Part shown: in pieces, positions 18,179 to 28,279 of the stretch
How the letters are laid out: every line of letters begins with the position of its first letter
How positions within the stretch are numbered: position 1 is the first letter of the stretch
From: Arenicellales bacterium
GTDB taxonomy: Bacteria; Pseudomonadota; Gammaproteobacteria; Arenicellales; JAJDZL01
Reading direction: 5' to 3'
DNA: 64,000 nt
Assembly (NCBI GenBank): GCA_965206345.1
Contig: OZ242211.1
Coordinates: forward strand, 1,018,758-1,082,757
Notes under the pieces: model-generated
Told to the model about the DNA's origin: nothing
What the model saw: only the letters and a program-made list of their open reading frames with translations
The model's database searches: none
Position numbers and translations under genes: made by a program

Positions 18179-19213
18179 TCAGCACGACTCTGCCCCAACA
18201 GCGTCCGATTTATGCTTTTCTTTCTTGTTGTTGACCATGCGAAGCCAATTGCGATAAAGAAGTTCAGCATGGGCACGCCACGTGTTGTCAATCAGTGGAA
18301 GGATTTCTGACTCCGGCAGTTCTGGCAAGTCCAAACCCTGCTCCAAAGCAAGCAGAAAAATAGCGCGGTATTTTTCAAGGCTCTTCTTCGCTGAGTCCGG
18401 TAAATAATTGAGTGGATAATCAGGGTAGTTGACCCGCTCACCTAGTCTGAAGCGATTAATTTCACGCTTGTATTCTTTTAACAAGCTGACTGAATCGTAT
18501 TCCGGGTGCCCCTGTAGAAACACCCACCTGCCTCTGTCTTCGCTCACTGCGATACCAAAGTCCGCATCCGAACTGGAGGCAAGAATCTGAACGCCATGTG
18601 GTTCCATCTGCTCGGCGGTCATTTCAAAAACATGTGATCGCGGTTCTACATACTGCTCAGGCATATCCGCCATTAGCGGATGGTTGATTTGGGTCACCCG
18701 ATGAGAGAATACACCCCACCGCTTGTCAGGCTGGCAGCGGGTTCGTTCAATTCCATGAAATATCTTCAGAATGGCATGCGATGCCAGACACGAACACAAA
18801 ATTGTCGGAACATGCACATTCGCCCAGTGCACCACCTCTTCAAAGTAAGGCCAGAACTTCTCCGCAGTGATTTCAAAGTTTCCTGGATTTGCACCAGTCA
18901 GAACCAAGCCATCCAGTTTGATTTTCGTGATCTCGTCAAACGAAATATAGGCCTTGGAAACATACTCCAGTGTATCGGCAGATCTTGGCAGGCCTTCGAT
19001 ACTAAAGGGATGGATCTGAATGACGAGGTCTCCAGCACCGGCCGCTAGCAGTCTGAAAAACTGACGCTCAGTTGCCCTAAGCGCCCGGTCTGGCATCATA
19101 TTTAAAAAGCCAATTTGAAGCGGTGATGAATCTTCATTCTGCTCCGTAATTTCAATGTTCTCGCGGACAAGACGCTTCCAGGAGTCTAGATCGCGATAGC
19201 GCAACAAAGGCAT
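18179..19213 (-). CDS. metA: Homoserine O-acyl (succinyl/acetyl) transferase, MetA family
   Basis: IGFLNMMPDRALRATERQFFRLL, GLVLTGANP and the ILCSCLASHA region match the MetA/HTS fold pattern. Confidence 0.8.
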   Translation of the reverse strand: MPLLRYRDLDSWKRLVRENIEITEQNEDSSPLQIGFLNMMPDRALRATERQFFRLLAAGAGDLVIQIHPFSIEGLPRSADTLEYVSKAYISFDEITKIKLDGLVLTGANPGNFEITAEKFWPYFEEVVHWANVHVPTILCSCLASHAILKIFHGIERTRCQPDKRWGVFSHRVTQINHPLMADMPEQYVEPRSHVFEMTAEQMEPHGVQILASSSDADFGIAVSEDRGRWVFLQGHPEYDSVSLLKEYKREINRFRLGERVNYPDYPLNYLPDSAKKSLEKYRAIFLLALEQGLDLPELPESEILPLIDNTWRAHAELLYRNWLRMVNNKKEKHKSDAVGAESC

Positions 19214-19246
19214 GAGTTAAATTTGAATTTTCAGCCTGAGATTTAT

Positions 19247-20086
19247 TCAGTCGTCCAAGACGATGCAGACAAGATCAACAAAATCCTGTTCATCACGCAC
19301 ACTATCCAGCTCATCCGCTGCAATGGTGTAGCCGTACTTTTTGGCTATGCGTTCGTACTTTGGTCGCCGGGAGTGCACCAGCTTCGGAAAAATCCATCGA
19401 ACGAACTGATTGGGGTCAATTTGGTCGGATTGCGTCAACTGATTTATCTCCAAATACTCAGCCAACTGCACTTCAAGAAAATTCGCTTCATAGTAGAGCG
19501 GTTTTGGATGCTTAATTTGTCGTTCAATTATTTCAGTCTCAAACTCCAGACTCACGTCAATCAACAAAATTAGCGTCTGTCGAGCGAGTTCTTCAAGTAC
19601 GCGCTCGTCGCCCAATTCACACAAACTACCGCTTGAATCATTGACAAAATGGTCATAGCCGTATATCGACTTTGCTTTGCTGACAAACTCTCTGACGTCG
19701 TACATGGACTGGATTTCGGCCTCGCAGTGCAAGTCTTGACGCCGCTTGAACTCTTCCAGCGGCAATCCTCCTTTCTCACCGTCACCCAGCATTCCGACGA
19801 ATTTGGATAGTAGGTCCAAATTATCAAATGTCATGGCACTTTGGATGCTAATGGAATCGCTGCGCAACAAATCCCTGAGAAAACCAATTTGCATCGCCTT
19901 TTCCTTGATGTTATCAATGATTGGTTCATCCAGGTAACGAGTGCCAATGCGATAGTCTGCAGAATAGTGAAACCAGGAAGTATTGGGGAGTTTGCGCGCC
20001 AGTGTTGTCTTTCCGCAACCCGACATACCCATCAAGGTTACGATCTTGCGCTCGGCACTTCTAAACTGTTTTTTAGTTAATCTCAT
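19247..20086 (-). CDS. P-loop NTPase/kinase-like protein of unknown function
   Basis: Walker A GMSGCGKTT near the N-terminus; I recognise no other motif. It lies 33 nt upstream of metA on the same strand. Confidence 0.55.
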   Translation of the reverse strand: MRLTKKQFRSAERKIVTLMGMSGCGKTTLARKLPNTSWFHYSADYRIGTRYLDEPIIDNIKEKAMQIGFLRDLLRSDSISIQSAMTFDNLDLLSKFVGMLGDGEKGGLPLEEFKRRQDLHCEAEIQSMYDVREFVSKAKSIYGYDHFVNDSSGSLCELGDERVLEELARQTLILLIDVSLEFETEIIERQIKHPKPLYYEANFLEVQLAEYLEINQLTQSDQIDPNQFVRWIFPKLVHSRRPKYERIAKKYGYTIAADELDSVRDEQDFVDLVCIVLDD

Positions 20087-20169
20087 AACAGTAACTAGGT
20101 TGGATTCGCCAATAGCTTCTCAAGCATTCGGCATAGCATCGCGCCCGAATCATTCATCAACTGATTTGA

Positions 20170-20430
20170 TCAGTCAGAATTCAGCTGTTTGCGGAGCAAC
20201 TCGTGAATATCCAGCCGGGAAAGATCATCAAATCCACCAACGCTGACACCATCAACAAAAATTTGGGGGACTGTGCGCTTACCAGCACTTCGTGTCAACA
20301 TCTCACCTTTTCGTGTAGAGTCAAAGAATACGTCGTATTCTGTAAACGCAATTCCCTCCTTGTTGAGCAAACCCTTAGCTGCCTGACAATATCCGCAAAG
20401 GGGACTGGTGTAAATTTCAACCCTCTCCAT
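20170..20430 (-). CDS. grxC: Glutaredoxin 3
   Basis: 86 aa. VEIYTSPLCGYCQAAKGLL active-site CxxC and TVPQIFVDG...GGFDDL. Confidence 0.85.
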   Translation of the reverse strand: MERVEIYTSPLCGYCQAAKGLLNKEGIAFTEYDVFFDSTRKGEMLTRSAGKRTVPQIFVDGVSVGGFDDLSRLDIHELLRKQLNSD

Positions 20431-20436
20431 TATCTT

Positions 20437-20892
20437 CTAACTAACACCTGTACTTCCAAATCCACCAACTGCTCGGGCAGTTGGTTCAAATTCATCAACT
20501 TGAATCAAATTTGGCCGAATGACAGGAACAAATACCATCTGTGCAATTCGGTCGCCGGGTTGAATTTTGAAATTTTCACCACCCCGATTCCAACATGAAA
20601 CAAAGACCTGGCCCTGATAGTCGGAATCAATCAATCCAACCAGATTACCCAGTACGATGCCATGTTTGTGACCCAGACCTGAACGCGGCAACAAGATTGC
20701 GGCAATCCCCGGATCGCGGATATCTATGGCAATGCCGGTCGGAATCAGTTCACAATCTGAGGGTTGAAGAATTAATTCAGTTTCTATACAGGCCCGAAGA
20801 TCCAATCCCGCTGCACCTTCGGTTGAACGTTCAGGTAAAGGTATCGACTGACCGATCCTGTTATCGAGTACTTTGTAGCGTACCTCTTGCAT
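20437..20892 (-). CDS. dut: dUTP diphosphatase
   Basis: KVLDNRIG...[10 protein letters not shown]...[14 protein letters not shown]...IDSDYQG...FGSTG motifs. Confidence 0.95.
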   Translation of the reverse strand: MQEVRYKVLDNRIGQSIPLPERSTEGAAGLDLRACIETELILQPSDCELIPTGIAIDIRDPGIAAILLPRSGLGHKHGIVLGNLVGLIDSDYQGQVFVSCWNRGGENFKIQPGDRIAQMVFVPVIRPNLIQVDEFEPTARAVGGFGSTGVS

Positions 20893-22108
20893 GGAATCGT
20901 GCCGAAATCTCTTGGATCAAGTCTACTGCAATTCTGGTTTTCAATGCTGGTCCTAGTGACACCACACCCGTTCGATCAATAAGCTGCAGGGTATTGTAGT
21001 CCGAACCCAGTGCGTCTGATTCGCCGCCGACTGTATTTGCTGCAACCAGGTCTGCACGTTTGGCCAACAATTTCTTTCGAGCTTCCGAGATAAGATTGTC
21101 TGTTTCTGCCGCAAACCCAACACTGAACAAATCAGGAGCTTTTTCTTTAACTTTTGTCAAGATATCGGGATTTCTTACAAATTCCATTTTGAGAATTTCC
21201 TCACCCTGTTTCTTGATTTTGCTCGCTGCCTGAGTCTGAGGCCGATAGTCAGCAACCGCTGCAACTGCAATAAAAATATCCTGTCCATCAAGATGCGTCA
21301 TGACTGCTTTCAGCATTTCCTTGGCACTGGTAACCTTAGTGACAGTGGCAACCCTAATGGGCAATGGCTGTGTCGCTGGCCCTGTAACCAGTGTCACATC
21401 CGCACCGGCATGGGCTGCGGCGTCGGCGATCGCATACCCCATTTTTCCGGAACTTAAATTTGTGATGCCACGCACCGGATCAATTGCTTCCCAGGTAGAG
21501 CCAGCTGTAACCAGAACGCGCAGACCGCCTAACGCTTCACTACTGAACAATTCACTAACCTGTCTGACAATTTCTTCAGGCTGCAGCATGCGTCCTGGCC
21601 CAACTTCACCGCAGGCCTGATCTCCACTATCGGGCCCCATCACTGTTATTGCGCGCTCTCGTAATTGATTGACGTTGCTTTGAGTCGCTGGACTTGACCA
21701 CATGACGCGGTTCATAGCTGGGGCGATAGCAATTTTGGATTCAGTCGCCAGACATAATGTCGTTAAAAGATCATCTGCAAAACCATGCGTCAGGCGCGCA
21801 ATAAATGCGGCAGTTGCTGGTGCGACAACAATCGCATCTGCCCAACGTGCTAGTTCTATGTGACTCATACCCGCTTCAGCTTCCTCATCGAAAGTTTCAC
21901 TTCGAACCGCATTTCCGCTCACTGCCTGCATCGTAAGACTTGAGATGAACGCCTCGGAGTTCTTGGTCATAACGACGCGTACTTCAGCGCCGACTTCACA
22001 CATCCTGCGTGCCAATTCCGCCGATTTGTAGGCCGCAATTCCACCCGTCACACCAAGCAAGATTCGCTTACCGTGCAAAGAAACGGGGTGACTATCTGGG
22101 TTGTTCAC
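20861..22108 (-). CDS. coaBC: Bifunctional phosphopantothenoylcysteine decarboxylase / phosphopantothenate-cysteine ligase
   Basis: [19 protein letters not shown] and SSGKMG motifs. I prefer GTG at 22108, because the track's ATG at 22174 would leave only 19 nt to the divergent rpmB start. The 3' end overlaps dut by 32 nt. Confidence 0.88.
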   Translation of the reverse strand: MNNPDSHPVSLHGKRILLGVTGGIAAYKSAELARRMCEVGAEVRVVMTKNSEAFISSLTMQAVSGNAVRSETFDEEAEAGMSHIELARWADAIVVAPATAAFIARLTHGFADDLLTTLCLATESKIAIAPAMNRVMWSSPATQSNVNQLRERAITVMGPDSGDQACGEVGPGRMLQPEEIVRQVSELFSSEALGGLRVLVTAGSTWEAIDPVRGITNLSSGKMGYAIADAAAHAGADVTLVTGPATQPLPIRVATVTKVTSAKEMLKAVMTHLDGQDIFIAVAAVADYRPQTQAASKIKKQGEEILKMEFVRNPDILTKVKEKAPDLFSVGFAAETDNLISEARKKLLAKRADLVAANTVGGESDALGSDYNTLQLIDRTGVVSLGPALKTRIAVDLIQEISARFHARGTLQSTR

Positions 22109-22193
22109 AGTATTTATCGCTTTGATTTTTTCAACTAATAGTATAGAATGTGCGCCTTTATTCACACATTTCAATCTTCAGGTTCTGGGAACG

Positions 22194-22430
22194 ATGCCAA
22201 GGATTTGTCAGGTTACTGGAAAAAAGACGATTAGCGGAAACAACGTTTCGCATTCGCACATCAAAACCAAACGCAGGTTTCGCCCCAATTTGCATTATCG
22301 GCGCTTTTGGGTTGAGAGCGAAAATCGCTGGGTTAAGCTTCGGGTCAGTCGAAAGGCGATTCGCACCATCGACAAAAATGGCATCGACAGTGTGTTGGAA
22401 GACTTGCGCGCCGATGGCGTCAAGGTCTAA
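22194..22430 (+). CDS. rpmB: 50S ribosomal protein L28
   Basis: [52 protein letters not shown] is collinear with E. coli L28. The ORF-track N-terminal extension is rejected. Confidence 0.95.
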   Translation: MPRICQVTGKKTISGNNVSHSHIKTKRRFRPNLHYRRFWVESENRWVKLRVSRKAIRTIDKNGIDSVLEDLRADGVKV

Positions 22431-22446
22431 CTGGAGAATCTGAATC

Positions 22447-22602
22447 ATGCGTGAGAAAATTAAACTTGAGTCATCCGCCGGAACCGGACACTTCTACACA
22501 TCCTGGAAAAACAAGCGCAACACCGAAAAGAAACTTGAATTGCGTAAATTCGATCCGGTAGCCGGAAAGCACGTTATCTACAAGGAAACCAAACTGAAGT
22601 GA
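22447..22602 (+). CDS. rpmG: 50S ribosomal protein L33
   Basis: Hand translation gives [51 protein letters not shown] (51 aa). It is below the ORF-track cutoff and sits in the expected position after rpmB. Confidence 0.9.
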   Translation: MREKIKLESSAGTGHFYTSWKNKRNTEKKLELRKFDPVAGKHVIYKETKLK

Positions 22603-22646
22603 GCTGCGGCTACGGCTACCTTCAGATTCCCACTACTGACAAGTAA

Positions 22647-23822
22647 TCAGTTAGCAGTAGCGCCTTTCAGTCGGGCGGAGAATTTCATTAAAGCATCGAT
22701 GTCAGATTCTTCTGCTCGCTGACACCACTCCTCCAGCGACTGACGCACCTGTTCGTACGAATTTGACGAACGCGTAGCGATGAGCTGTAAAGACTCTTTC
22801 ATCGCATAAACTGTGGCAATTCTTGAATTTGTCTCCAGAACTTTGTTCAACCATTCCTTTTTCAGATCGCTCAGTCTTGAGTGATCTGAAGCTAACAGTC
22901 GCTTAGCCTGTTTGAGCAAACGACGCGTTTCTCCAGAAGCTGATCGAATCTCCTCGCGGCAAACCCCTTTCATTACTTCGTTGGCATACTTTGACATCAC
23001 CTGAAAGCGATTAGCCACAAACACTTTAACTGTTTCAAAATCACAGTGCTGTTTATTCTGGTTAAACGTCAGTTTCGGAATTTTTCGCTGAATTTTTACA
23101 AGTCTGAACTTGTTCAGCAACCGTACATAGCACCATCCAAGATCAATTTCCCACTTTCGCGCAGAAAACTGAGCTGAAGACGAGTACGCGTGGTGATTAT
23201 TGTGCAGTTCCTCACCGCCAATGACGATCCCCCACGGAACAATGTTGCGACTGGCATCAGGCAAATTAAAGTTCCTGTATCCCAGATAATGCCCGACACC
23301 ATTGATCACACCGGCAGCCCAAAACGGAATCCACACCATTTGAACAGCCCAAATAAATACCCCCGCGACAAGCCCAAAAGCAAAAATGTTGATCAGTAGC
23401 ATCAAAATCAAACCCGTATTGGGGAACTTTGCATAGACCTGCCGTTCCAGCCAGTCATCTGGTGTACCGACACCGTACTGATCCAGAATTCCCGGAAGCC
23501 GTGCAGCACGGCGATACAAAATCAACCCTCCCCATAGTACGCGGTTAATTCCAACCTTCTGTGGACTGTGCGGGTCGTCATCACTTTCGACCGTAGCATG
23601 ATGTTTCCGATGGACCGCTACCCACTCTTTAGTGATGATTCCGGTCGTAAGCCAGAGCCAGAAACGAAAGAAGTGGCTCAGTACAGGGTGCAGTTGTAGT
23701 GCTCCATGAGCTTGATGTCGATGGAGAAAAATCGTAACTGATACAATCGTAATATGGGTAAGTGCCAGGGTGACGAGGATATAGCCCCACCACGGTAGTT
23801 GAAACAGGAAAAATTCAAGCAC
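22647..23822 (-). CDS. Membrane acyl-CoA/phospholipid delta-9 fatty acid desaturase (DesA-like)
   Basis: Three His boxes (HRHQAH, HRKHHA, HNNHHA), N-terminal TM helices, and a C-terminal helical tail as in Pseudomonas DesA-type enzymes. Confidence 0.85.
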   Translation of the reverse strand: MLEFFLFQLPWWGYILVTLALTHITIVSVTIFLHRHQAHGALQLHPVLSHFFRFWLWLTTGIITKEWVAVHRKHHATVESDDDPHSPQKVGINRVLWGGLILYRRAARLPGILDQYGVGTPDDWLERQVYAKFPNTGLILMLLINIFAFGLVAGVFIWAVQMVWIPFWAAGVINGVGHYLGYRNFNLPDASRNIVPWGIVIGGEELHNNHHAYSSSAQFSARKWEIDLGWCYVRLLNKFRLVKIQRKIPKLTFNQNKQHCDFETVKVFVANRFQVMSKYANEVMKGVCREEIRSASGETRRLLKQAKRLLASDHSRLSDLKKEWLNKVLETNSRIATVYAMKESLQLIATRSSNSYEQVRQSLEEWCQRAEESDIDALMKFSARLKGATAN

Positions 23823-23845
23823 TCAGATTGCCTCAGATTGATGGT

Positions 23846-24064
23846 CTACCGTTCTCGGTAAACGATGCGACCCCGGGTCAGGTCGTATGGAGTCAATTGA
23901 ACCACAACTCGATCACCGCGCAGAATGCGAATGTAGTTTTTGCGAATCTTGCCGGAAATATGGGCAGTTACAATGTGATCGTTATCCAATTTGACTCTAA
24001 AATTAGTATTTGGCAGTGTATCAAGTACAGTACCGTTCATTTCTATTTGATCTTCTTTAGCCAC
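23846..24064 (-). CDS. infA: Translation initiation factor IF-1
   Basis: [51 protein letters not shown] is near-identical in pattern to IF-1. Confidence 0.95.
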   Translation of the reverse strand: MAKEDQIEMNGTVLDTLPNTNFRVKLDNDHIVTAHISGKIRKNYIRILRGDRVVVQLTPYDLTRGRIVYRER

Positions 24065-24176
24065 AATATTCGAGATTTCCCTCCGAGTTTGTCAAAGTCA
24101 TATTAAGTATATGACAAATGTAACTGCTTTCATTAGTCTGTAATTTTTCCGATTTGGCAATTGACGGGATGTAAAA

Positions 24177-24590
24177 ATGCTCTGGATAAAAACATTTCAC
24201 ATCGTTTTCGTGGTCACCTGGTTCGCTGGTCTTTTTTATCTGCCGCGACTTTTCGTCTATCACGCAATGACTGAAGATGAAATCAGCAATCAGCGGTTTA
24301 AAGTCATGGAACGAAAACTTTACTTTGGAATTGCAACACCAAGTGCCCTATTGGCACTTGGTACGGGACTGTGGCTATGGTTGGGCTACGGGTTTGGAGG
24401 GATGTGGTTGATGTACAAACTACTGCTGGTGCTGATCCTCATCACCTACCATTTGTGGTGCTGGCGATACCTTGCAATGTTCAAAACCGACCGCAATGTT
24501 CGCTCGCATGTATTCTTCCGACTGTTCAATGAACTGCCAGTCGTACTTCTAATCGTTATCGTAGCGCTGGTTGTTTTAAAGCCCTTTTAG
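24177..24590 (+). CDS. hemJ: HemJ-type protoporphyrinogen IX oxidase (UPF0093/CopD-like membrane protein)
   Basis: MLWIKTFHIVFVVTWFAGLFYLPRLFVYH N-terminus and about four TM helices in 137 aa. Confidence 0.75.
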   Translation: MLWIKTFHIVFVVTWFAGLFYLPRLFVYHAMTEDEISNQRFKVMERKLYFGIATPSALLALGTGLWLWLGYGFGGMWLMYKLLLVLILITYHLWCWRYLAMFKTDRNVRSHVFFRLFNELPVVLLIVIVALVVLKPF

Positions 24591-24611
24591 TGCTTGAACG
24601 TCACTCTTGAA

Positions 24612-25376
24612 TTACGCAGACTCACACTTGGCGGCACCCAGAATGGGTCCGGTGATGCGTGCTTGAAACGCGTTGTACTGCTGAATGATGATTGCGCAGC
24701 CCTGATTGTCCGAAAGCGGTTCAAGTTCTGTTTCAATCACAAGGGGTTCACCCTGCCACTGACCAATTGACCGAAAGTCGCGAACAACATTTGAATTCGT
24801 GAGAGTTTTACCCATGTTTTCGCCCGATGGAATTTCAGTGACATGGTGCCTGTCAAATGTGACCAGCCAGACATCGGCGCTTGCCGATTGATCACCGTTC
24901 ACCTTTATGGTCAACTGACCATCTTCAGATACCTTGGCAGACGCTTGCAGCCGAAGTTCAGATTCTTTGCTTATCAGATTATGTGCATGCAAAGACTTGC
25001 TGCCAACAAATGCGTAGGAGCCATTAACGACCATTTGTGGTGTGTACACACCTGTGCGACCAGCTAATCGCATTCTGTTGTAATTACGCTGTCTTTGACT
25101 ATATTCGGGCGAAGAGAATGGATCTTTCCATTGCCCGGCGGAACCGTAAACCAAGGTGTCCCAGTAATCGACATGAAATTCCAGCGCCAACACTTCTTCG
25201 TTCTCTTCCACAATTCGGGTGAGTAGAGACTCAGCAGGCGGGCAGGAATAACACCCTTGTGAAGTGAACAATTCAAAAACATGTTTGGTTTTGGAATCCG
25301 CATTGGATGCGGGTAGGTAAGCAAACATGACCAAGACCGCTGCAAAAATTCCAAAGATGCGAGTTCGGAAAGACAT
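24612..25376 (-). CDS. DUF1223 thioredoxin-fold secreted protein
   Basis: ELFTSQGCYSCPPAE motif after a signal peptide (MSFRTRIFGIFAAVLVMFAYLPASNA). The ATG at 25376 is preceded by AAGGGGA. Confidence 0.7.
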   Translation of the reverse strand: MSFRTRIFGIFAAVLVMFAYLPASNADSKTKHVFELFTSQGCYSCPPAESLLTRIVEENEEVLALEFHVDYWDTLVYGSAGQWKDPFSSPEYSQRQRNYNRMRLAGRTGVYTPQMVVNGSYAFVGSKSLHAHNLISKESELRLQASAKVSEDGQLTIKVNGDQSASADVWLVTFDRHHVTEIPSGENMGKTLTNSNVVRDFRSIGQWQGEPLVIETELEPLSDNQGCAIIIQQYNAFQARITGPILGAAKCESA

Positions 25377-25563
25377 AATTACCATCCCCTTGATTACGAT
25401 TGATAGCTGATTAGACAGGTTAAAGAGCCTTTTGTTTGGGACTTGGACATTTTTCATGAAGAGGGTCAGCCAAAAACCAACTAACGTGTCAATGGGTAAT
25501 CCAGCGGCTTCCCATTACCAAAGTTTCATTTCTTCTCACACTCTCAGATTACTATAGCCTCTT

Positions 25564-26031
25564 ATGTTCAACATCGTTCTGGTTGCACCTGAAATTCCCC
25601 CAAACACCGGAAATATCATACGGCTTTGCGCAAACACTGGCTGCAGATTACACCTGATTGAACCGCTCGGCTTTGACATTAGCGATGCCCGCTTGAAACG
25701 AGCTGGGCTAGATTACCGGGAAGGCGTCCAAATTGAGACTTATTCGACTTTTGAAGACTTGACTCGGTCTTACCCCCAAAGTCGCAAATTGATTTTCTCG
25801 CGACGCTACAGCAGGTTCTACACTTCTGTGAGATATTTGCCCGACGACCTTTTGATTTTTGGCTCAGAAACAGCGGGCTTGCCGGAACACATTCACCAAA
25901 TTGTCAGAAAAGAGCAAAAATTGACATTGCCCATGCTACCTGATAATCGCAACCTCAACCTGTCCAACTCCGTTTCGGTCGTAGTCTATGAGGCATGGCG
26001 CCAACACGGGTTTCGGGGATCTTCGCGCTAG
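25564..26031 (+). CDS. trmL: tRNA (cytidine/uridine-34 2'-O)-methyltransferase, SpoU/TrmL family
   Basis: [35 protein letters not shown] and [14 protein letters not shown] (SPOUT knot). Confidence 0.85.
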   Translation: MFNIVLVAPEIPPNTGNIIRLCANTGCRLHLIEPLGFDISDARLKRAGLDYREGVQIETYSTFEDLTRSYPQSRKLIFSRRYSRFYTSVRYLPDDLLIFGSETAGLPEHIHQIVRKEQKLTLPMLPDNRNLNLSNSVSVVVYEAWRQHGFRGSSR

Positions 26032-26085
26032 GTGACTGACCGTATGAAATTGGTGCGGCTAACACAAACAGCGCACCCGAGTTCC

Positions 26086-26505
26086 TTACCAATCGCCAGT
26101 ATTCGGCATTGACTGCCAAGGCTCTTTTGGTGGAAGTGCTTCGCCTTTTTGCAAAAGTTCAACAGAGATTCCATCCGGCGATCTAACGAAAGCCATGCGA
26201 CCATCTCGAGGTGGGCGGTTTATTGTAACGCCTCCCTTGTCCAATCGCTTACATGTCTCATAAATGTTGTCCACCTCATAAGCGAGGTGTCCGAAATTTC
26301 GTCCGCCAGAATACTCCTCGGGGTCCCAGTTGTAAGTCAGTTCAATTTGTGCATCCTCATTGCCTGCCGCAGCCAGAAATATTAGGGTAAACCGTCCCTG
26401 CTCATAGTGCGAGCGACGCAACTCAGTAAGCCCCAGATTGTCGACATAAAACTTGAGGGATTCATCGATGTCAGACACCCTGACCATCGTATGTAAATAT
26501 TTCAT
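26086..26505 (-). CDS. gloA: Lactoylglutathione lyase (glyoxalase I)
   Basis: [26 protein letters not shown]...ELTYNW...GHLAYEVD...IEL is collinear with GloA. I prefer the ATG at 26505 over the TTG at 26520. Confidence 0.85.
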   Translation of the reverse strand: MKYLHTMVRVSDIDESLKFYVDNLGLTELRRSHYEQGRFTLIFLAAAGNEDAQIELTYNWDPEEYSGGRNFGHLAYEVDNIYETCKRLDKGGVTINRPPRDGRMAFVRSPDGISVELLQKGEALPPKEPWQSMPNTGDW

Positions 26506-26635
26506 ACTTCTGTACTTCAATACGTTTGTAATTGATTCGCTGTTTCGCTACAGTTCTGGTGCCGCACTGAGTGTCTCAAAAACTTGGTCAAATATAATTT
26601 AGAGAACAAATTATTTTTTTTGTACGGCGACCAGA

Positions 26636-27052
26636 TCAGGATTCAACAGGCAAATTTTCTTTGGTCCAAGCTGCCATTCCGCCGTGAAGCGTACGAATAT
26701 TCGTAAATCCGTTCTTCTTGAGAATACCGGCCGCTTTAGCGCTCCTGTTGCCGACTCTGCAGCAAACTACAACCGGTCGAGACTTAAACTTGTTGATTGT
26801 TTGGATGTCAGAATCAAGACGGCTGATTGGAATATTGCGCGCCTTGGCAATATGACTGCCAGCAAATTCTTTCGCATCGGATACATCAAGAATCACAATT
26901 TTCTCATCGCGCATGACTCTTGGCAGTTCATCGGCAGTGACCGAACGAACGCCACCTCGCCGCGCACGAAGCGGTTCAAAGGCCAGTAGCGCAATGATTG
27001 CAAACAGTGCAAGAAACAGGTGCCAGTTGAGCTTTACAAATTCAAGGTACAT
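26636..27052 (-). CDS. Membrane-anchored single-domain rhodanese (YibN-like)
   Basis: N-terminal TM helix and a rhodanese active-site loop CCRVGNRS. It is divergent from envC, as in enterobacterial yibN/envC. Confidence 0.75.
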   Translation of the reverse strand: MYLEFVKLNWHLFLALFAIIALLAFEPLRARRGGVRSVTADELPRVMRDEKIVILDVSDAKEFAGSHIAKARNIPISRLDSDIQTINKFKSRPVVVCCRVGNRSAKAAGILKKNGFTNIRTLHGGMAAWTKENLPVES

Positions 27053-27130
27053 CGCTGTCTTTCAAGCTAGCTAGGTCGATTGTCCATGCTGGAACTAGAT
27101 TTGCAAAAAATTAACACAAATCGGAAGACT

Positions 27131-28252
27131 ATGAGAAATTCACTACCCCGGCTACATACTGTGTTTGCCGTACTTTTGTTAAGCACAACCTTATCAGCCG
27201 GTTCAGCAATTGGGCAAACTGATTATAGCGGAGACATTGCCCAAGTGCGTTTGCAAATCATGGAGATACAAACTGAATCAGGCGAATTGGCAAATAAAGT
27301 CAAGCAGGTTTCAGAAGAGCTTTCTGCGATTAACGAGGAAATAGCGGCTACTGAAGAAAAGAAACGGAACGCTCTGGACTCACTGAAAGAGAAAGACCTG
27401 ACTCAGCAGGATTCACGCCGCGCCAAATTCATCCAATTGAAAGAATATGAACAGCGTACGGTCGCGATTCAAGTGGCCATGCCTGTTTATATGAAAATGA
27501 CGAATCACGATAATCTGACAATCGCAATTCGAGACAATGACGTCAATAGCCTATCACGGTCGCAGGCATACCTGCGATACCTCACAAAGAACCAGTTGAG
27601 TCGAATAGAAGAGCTTTATCGCTCGATGGACACCACTGCCGGTGATAACTCCGATGCTGCAAAACTCGTTCTACACACAACAGACCTGAAAAATCAGCTA
27701 GTCAAACAAAAAGCGGTCAGATCTGAGATTAAGCAGCAGCTTGATGTGCTGGTAACACGACAAGTCACCTTGGCTTCGAAGCTCGACCAATTACGCGAAG
27801 AGGAAGAACAGCTCACCAGCAATCAGGTAACAATCAGTAAAAAGGCAATCGCTCAAACCGTCAGCAGCCAGGACATCAGGTTCCAACCGCCAATTGACGC
27901 ACCGATTTGGCGCAAGTTTGGAGACCCAAAAAAATCTTCTGGCAGTCAGTGGGAGGGTTTACTCTATCAGGCCAAAGAAGGTCAAGGTGTCAAGGCGCCT
28001 GCGGCAGGCGTGGTTAAGTTTGCGAAAGATCATAAGACTTTAGGCAAACTTGTCATCATTGACCATGGAAACAACCTCTACACCCTGTTTGCACACAATG
28101 ATCAACTGGAGGTCAAATTCGGTGAGTTGGTCGTTGCTGGACAAACCATAGCCAAAGCAGGTCAGACTGGTAACTTGGATGACACAACACTCTACTTTGA
28201 GTTGCGTGTAGATGGAGAGCCGGTGGACCCACTGCTGTGGATTGACGGTTAG
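27131..28252 (+). CDS. envC: EnvC-like murein hydrolase activator (coiled coil + degenerate LytM/M23 domain)
   Basis: Signal peptide MRNSLPRLHTVFAVLLLSTTLSAGSA, a long heptad-rich region, and a C-terminal M23-like domain (VIIDHGNNLYTLFAHN..., TLYFELR). Start chosen at the ATG at 27131 (GGAAG upstream); the track starts at TTG 27080. Confidence 0.75.
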   Translation: MRNSLPRLHTVFAVLLLSTTLSAGSAIGQTDYSGDIAQVRLQIMEIQTESGELANKVKQVSEELSAINEEIAATEEKKRNALDSLKEKDLTQQDSRRAKFIQLKEYEQRTVAIQVAMPVYMKMTNHDNLTIAIRDNDVNSLSRSQAYLRYLTKNQLSRIEELYRSMDTTAGDNSDAAKLVLHTTDLKNQLVKQKAVRSEIKQQLDVLVTRQVTLASKLDQLREEEEQLTSNQVTISKKAIAQTVSSQDIRFQPPIDAPIWRKFGDPKKSSGSQWEGLLYQAKEGQGVKAPAAGVVKFAKDHKTLGKLVIIDHGNNLYTLFAHNDQLEVKFGELVVAGQTIAKAGQTGNLDDTTLYFELRVDGEPVDPLLWIDG

Positions 28253-28279
28253 CGCTATCGCAATGGTCCGACTGAATCT

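Noticed and set aside
22109-22193. Upstream extensions of coaBC (to 22174) and rpmB (from 22101).
   Set aside because: They would make the two divergent genes overlap their own promoter region. L28 alignment fixes the rpmB start at 22194, and a GTG at 22108 gives a normal CoaBC N-terminus. The coaBC start remains uncertain.
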